The notes beneath the pieces are model-generated. The model had not been told where the DNA came from. It was given only the letters and a program-made list of their open reading frames with translations, and did not search any database. 64,000 bases of DNA from Nemertoderma westbladi. Taxonomy: Eukaryota > Animalia > Xenacoelomorpha. How positions within the stretch are numbered: position 1 is the stretch's first letter; each line of letters opens with the position of its first letter. Positions 59,044-64,000 of this stretch are shown here, in pieces. Made by a program: the position numbers and the translations under genes. The stretch spans positions 1 through 64,000 of the forward strand of contig JAUCBJ010006410.1 in NCBI GenBank assembly GCA_032718475.1, written 5' to 3'.

Positions 59044-60589
59044 TTGGGGTGTTTCCAGGTGACGTCCGACAAATCTCTGCTAATCGTAAATCGTCAAGGC
59101 ACTTAAACTGGCAATTGTAGGCCTACTGACGGCCCATCGGTACAATTGAAAATCACCACAATTGACAGTTAAAGTGGCAAGTTTTTCTAACCAAAACAAT
59201 AAACGAGAGTGAAAAACAAGTATTTCAGGGGTATTTTGGTTTGGGGTAATTCATAGGACCGGTTTTAAAACACTGCACACACAGAAAACAGTGCTACACG
59301 GTCAAGGCAGCAAGGGATCGGACAGGGGCCTCCTAATTGGAAGCCCAGGAATTTCGCCACTAGACAGCTAGACCATACAGCTGCTTGAAAATACCAACTA
59401 GATGCGGTAAATTGCGGTTTTTAGTTGGACCGGTATAATCACCCCGCAGTTGTGGTTAGAATTCACTAGGGTATTTTAACCGGGGAGTGGGGCTAACAAC
59501 TACTGACAGACTGAACTAGGCCAACTATAACTTCTGTATCTGCCCTCTGTATCTCAATCTCACTATGAAATTCAAATTAACCTTGTATTAAATTTGAGGT
59601 AATCCCAAAATTGGGTCTATAATTTGAAATTTGAGGTATTCTTTAATTTGATGATCTCCCTGACTGTCAATTCCTGGTGTTGATTGTATCATATGATACT
59701 AATACATGACCCTGTTACTAAAAGTCTGACTAAAAGTATAAAACAAAATAAATCCTACCGGTAAGTTCATTTCATGACATTTTAGAATAATTAATTATTG
59801 TATAGTACCGGTACCTTTGTAGTGTATAGGCCTACTATATTATCAAAGTAGGCTAATTGATAAAATGAAAAAAAAAAGGTAAAAATGAAAAACATTTAAA
59901 AATTGCATATGATACCAGTAGGCCTAATGCGATTGAGGCGTTTAATTTCTAAAACAATTGGAGAATAAATAAAATATAAATTAATTATTAATTTAAAATA
60001 TAATAATACAATTCAGCAATTAAAAGTATATAATAATTTATTAGAAAAAACTACAGAACTATATTAAAAAATTATATTATTATTACATGTTCAGATATTT
60101 GTAATTCCTGTTACTCTTCTTAGCAGAGTAAACTGCTCTTTGGGACCGTTTCCTATGGTGGCTCTGATGTTCTGAAGGGCCATCACATGATTATATTTTT
60201 TTTCTTCATACTGGTAGAACTGAAATGTCATGCGCACGAGATTTAAGAGCTGAAAAGTCGTGAGCACGAGATTTAAGAAAGTCTGGGAAATTTGCCCAAT
60301 AGGGAAATTAATTTATTTCCCTATAGGGAAATTTGTGTTTCCCTATTGGGAAATCACAGTTTTCCCTATAGGGAAATCATGGAAATCTTGGTTTTTAATT
60401 AGCCTAATTTTACATGATTTTTATTTATTTTAGACTATACATTTCCTGTTTTAATATGATTCACTATATATATATATATATATGTTCTATATATATATAT
60501 GTTTTACTATGATTCAAAATATATTGGATATTGGTACACTACCTACACTACAGTCATTTACTTTTAATCAGAGGTTGATTATTTTCATT

Positions 60590-63030
60590 AAAAACATCGC
60601 CTTCCCCTTATACCCATAATATTCCTTCGCCCTTTATGGCAATTCCCTTGCACACACTTCGAAATGGAAGACATAGACTGAAGATTACATGATAATAGTC
60701 TCAAAGAGTAATGTTTGAATTAACCAATCACCAATGTCATGCTCTCTACAGGACTCCCAAGTCTTTTTGTAAATCTGTGGACTTTAGTGAGTGGTCGAGC
60801 ATTACCTTTAGGGCTCGATCGAAGTTGGGATTTGGCCGGAGCCGGAGCAGGAGCCGGAGTTGGATAATTTGGCCGGAGCCGGAGCAGGAGTTTTTCAAAA
60901 ATTTTAAAAATGTAATTATTTATAAAAAAAAAATAAAGTATGGTTATCGTTCGCCAATCGCTCATAATCAACCATACTGCTGTACTGTAGGTCTAATTAC
61001 AGAATTAATTTCATAATTTATAGATTTACGAATTTTCAATTTAAAATTTAAGTAATTAATTTATCACGGACAGACGGCCTGACGCTGACGGCTAAAAATT
61101 ACCTACAGTACCTAACTCACTACCTACCTAACCTAACTGTACAGCAGTAAGTGTACAAGTACTGCAGTACGGTATGCTGGATGGCAGCAGTAAATGGCTG
61201 CAGTGGTACAGTGTACAATCATAGCATTTACAATTTTTTACAGTAAGGCCTACCTGTAATAGTCTGCTAGTCAGCCAGCTGGCCAGTACCAGTAGGCCTA
61301 CTGCAGTACAGTCAGTCAGTCATTGACTTTCAGACTTTTAAGTAAATACTGCAGTATTATGCTTGATATTACTGTATTGAAGCTGTACTGCAGTACTTAT
61401 AGTGTAAATAATTGTTCAGATTAGAATATGCACGAAATATAATACTTTATGAAAAAATTAACTCCGGCAATATTTTTACCGGAGCCGGAGCAGGAGCCGG
61501 AGGTGCCAAAATGGCCGGAGCCGGAGCCAGAGGCCAGAGCTCCGATCGAGCCCTAATTACCTTACATTTGTCGTGGTTAAAAATAAGTTGCCACAATTTG
61601 CTCCAGCGGTCCAGGACTTCCAAATCACTTTGTAGTGGGGCAATAGAGGTGATAAAACCGGCAGACTGGGGTCGAATATAGCACTGCCTTTGAGGTCATT
61701 GGCGAAAAGATGAATATGCTGATGAGCAGAGATGGAACATCATCCAGCATCCACGTATGTATCCAAGGAATAGGGAAAACTCCAGCAACAGTTCCCTGAG
61801 GAACACCACTGTCAACAAGTAGACATGGTGATGCTTTCCCACTGATGACCATGCATTGGTATCTACAAGAGAGAAACGCCTGAAACAAATTTAATAACTT
61901 TCCAGTTATTCCAAGCTGCCAAGGGCCTGCAATTTGACAATCTGTCTCTGGTGTGGCACTGAATCAAAGGCTTTCGGAAAGTCCAAGTACGTATCAATGC
62001 ACATGCGATCATCTAGTACTTTGAACCAATAGAAGGTACAATCAAGTAGTTGCAGAGTGTGTGATCGCCATTTCTGTCTTTCTGGAAACCGTATTGATCA
62101 TAGGGTATATGGTTATTTTCCATCATGTAGCTGTATGTTTCATTGACAATGTTTTGTTCCATAAGTTTGCAGACCACTGATGTTAGACTGATAGATCTGA
62201 AGTTTTCACGCAAATATTTACTACCATTCTTAAATTATGGAGAAATGTTGGCGAGCTTTCAATCAATTGGTAGCACTCCTTCATTCATTGACTTATAATG
62301 AAGCCAGGGGTTCAGTAATTGCACCAGATAGTGTTTTTATAACTTGTGGATAAACTTAATCAGGACCAGTAGCACCAGACCCTCTCATTTCGTTGATTGG
62401 CTGAAGAACTGATTCATTCATATGTCTGTATGTGAAGTTGATGGTAGATCTAGATATGCTGGAATTAATTTCTTGAGAATATTGATCAGAAGGAATATAT
62501 GAAAGGTCTTCGTAAATGCAGTATTGAAATATTCATTTAAAGGTGTAGCCTTTTCGATATCAGCTAGCAAACGCACCATCATTCTTCTTGAGGCACTGTG
62601 TTGCTGGTCTTGCCTTTGTCTTTGCTGTTTTGACCGTTTAAATTTCCAAAAGATTATGGGGTTACTAGGGGCATCACTTGCAATTTTACTTTCGTTTTAC
62701 CTTCTCCTGTTTAATTACTGACAAACTGAAATATATTTGTTTCTAGCTTGCTTGTAGGCTGTGACCTGTGAATGAAGAAAGTGTTTTTTTATTTTTGTAC
62801 CTAATCCAAGCATGTTCCTTAATCCTTATTTGAGATTTGACAATTCCATTTATCCACTTATGTTTACTGTGTGGAGGTCCTGACTTAGTTGGAATGATAC
62901 GTTTACATGTGGAAATCAGCTCTTTGTGAAATAAGTCCCATGATGAATGTTGTCTAATGGCTCTAAGATGGAAGCCCAATTAATAGAGCTCAGATCGTGA
63001 GACATCGAGGGATAGTCAGCCTTCTATTAT
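60590..63030 (-). mobile_element. Degenerate CR1-like LINE ORF2 (RT)
   Basis: ENFRSISLTSVVCKLME, QYGFQKDR, YLDFPKAFDSVPH, SGVPQGTV, LFANDLK (FADD variant), KDLGV; many frameshifts. Confidence 0.8.
60809..61555. mobile_element. hAT-type MITE with 8-bp TSD ATTACCTT inserted in the CR1 RT
   Basis: TIRs TAGGGCTCGATCG...CGATCGAGCCCTA; ATTACCTT at 60801-60808 and 61556-61563; subterminal GCCGGA repeats. Confidence 0.92.
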
Positions 63031-64000
63031 TGTTATTACTTCGAGGGATAGTCAGCCTTCTATTATTGTTATTACTGTCACACTCAAATTCAAATAGTAT
63101 AATACTGAAAAAATTATACAAAACTCACAATTAATGTTTTGTACATACATAAACGAGTGAGGAAGGATGCCACCCAGGCATAAAGCTGTAAAGCACCTAC
63201 AGTATATACTTTATTTATGGCAGTGAATACTTTATGAATGGCAATGGCTGTGAATAAATATACTATAACTATACTGGTAATATATATAATAATGCAAACA
63301 GACAAATACAATAATGCACCAATGCAATATAGGCCTACGTAATACATATTATTCTATCAGTCTATAGTATGAACGTATACATCTCATAAAGAAATGCATG
63401 AACAGTGGTATTAACAAATCTATGCTATAGATATTCTACATGATATATGTACTGCATGTATGTAGTAGAGGCATAGCTGCATAGAAAGCACAACAACAAA
63501 GACGTTGAAATTTCAGATCACAGTGCAGCAGTGCAGTTTGCAGTTATATCAGTTATCATCAAACCACCTAAACTGTTATGAAATTTTGCAATATTTCCCT
63601 ATCGGGAAATTTCTGATGTCATTGTGAGAGATATCCATGGTAAAATTTCCGTATATGGAAATATATGGATGTTTCCCTATAGGGAAACATGCAAAGTTAA
63701 TTTTCACATGTCTGTAAAACCCCCAGGCAGCCAGGGTAGTCTGGTAGTAGTTGGCTGCCTCAGGGCAGTAGTTATATTAAATGTAAGGTAGAAGTGAATG
63801 ACCTAGTATATCTCACTTAATGCACTATGTCCTCAGTGAATGCGCCATAGCGATTATGCAAAAATTTCCCTATAGGGAAATAAAAGATTCCCTATAGGGA
63901 AATTGTAAAAGCACGACTTTTCAGCTCTTAAATCTCAACTTTTCAGCTCTTAAATCTCGTGCTCACGACTTCTTAGCTCTTAAATATCGTGCGCACGACT

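Larger units (their letters stand above)
60225..64000. mobile_element. Foldback DNA element (right end runs off the window) hosting the CR1 insertion
   Basis: GCACGAGATTTAAGAGCTGAAAAGTCGTG and TTCCCTATAGGGAA motifs at 60230-60380 are mirrored at 63860-64000. Confidence 0.6.

Overview
Repeat-rich, AT-rich animal (invertebrate-like) genomic DNA. It has three recognisable host genes, each a single uninterrupted + strand ORF: PIGQ/GPI1, a lebercilin (LCA5-like) gene with an upstream RFX X-box, and a 4-kb FANCI. The rest is mostly mobile DNA: RTE-clade LINE copies, a decayed Ty3/Gypsy element, a decayed CR1-like LINE, a tRNA-derived SINE, many nested foldback/MITE elements and satellites. The standout is a young 13.4-kb BEL/Pao-type LTR element (10272-23694; 1160-bp near-identical LTRs, GTGCA TSD). 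It has lost protease/RT/RNase H but carries a ~1400-codon cargo frame encoding a WRN/EXD-like DEDDy 3'-5' exonuclease plus CCHC zinc knuckles and a basic tail, together with several G-U-rich, partly covarying RNA structures. Also notable are three minimal hammerhead ribozymes in two families, both associated with tRNA-like Pol III boxes, and a large excess of TAGGCCTA palindromes that may be transposon excision footprints. All calls come from reading the sequence by eye; no database searches or folding programs were run.
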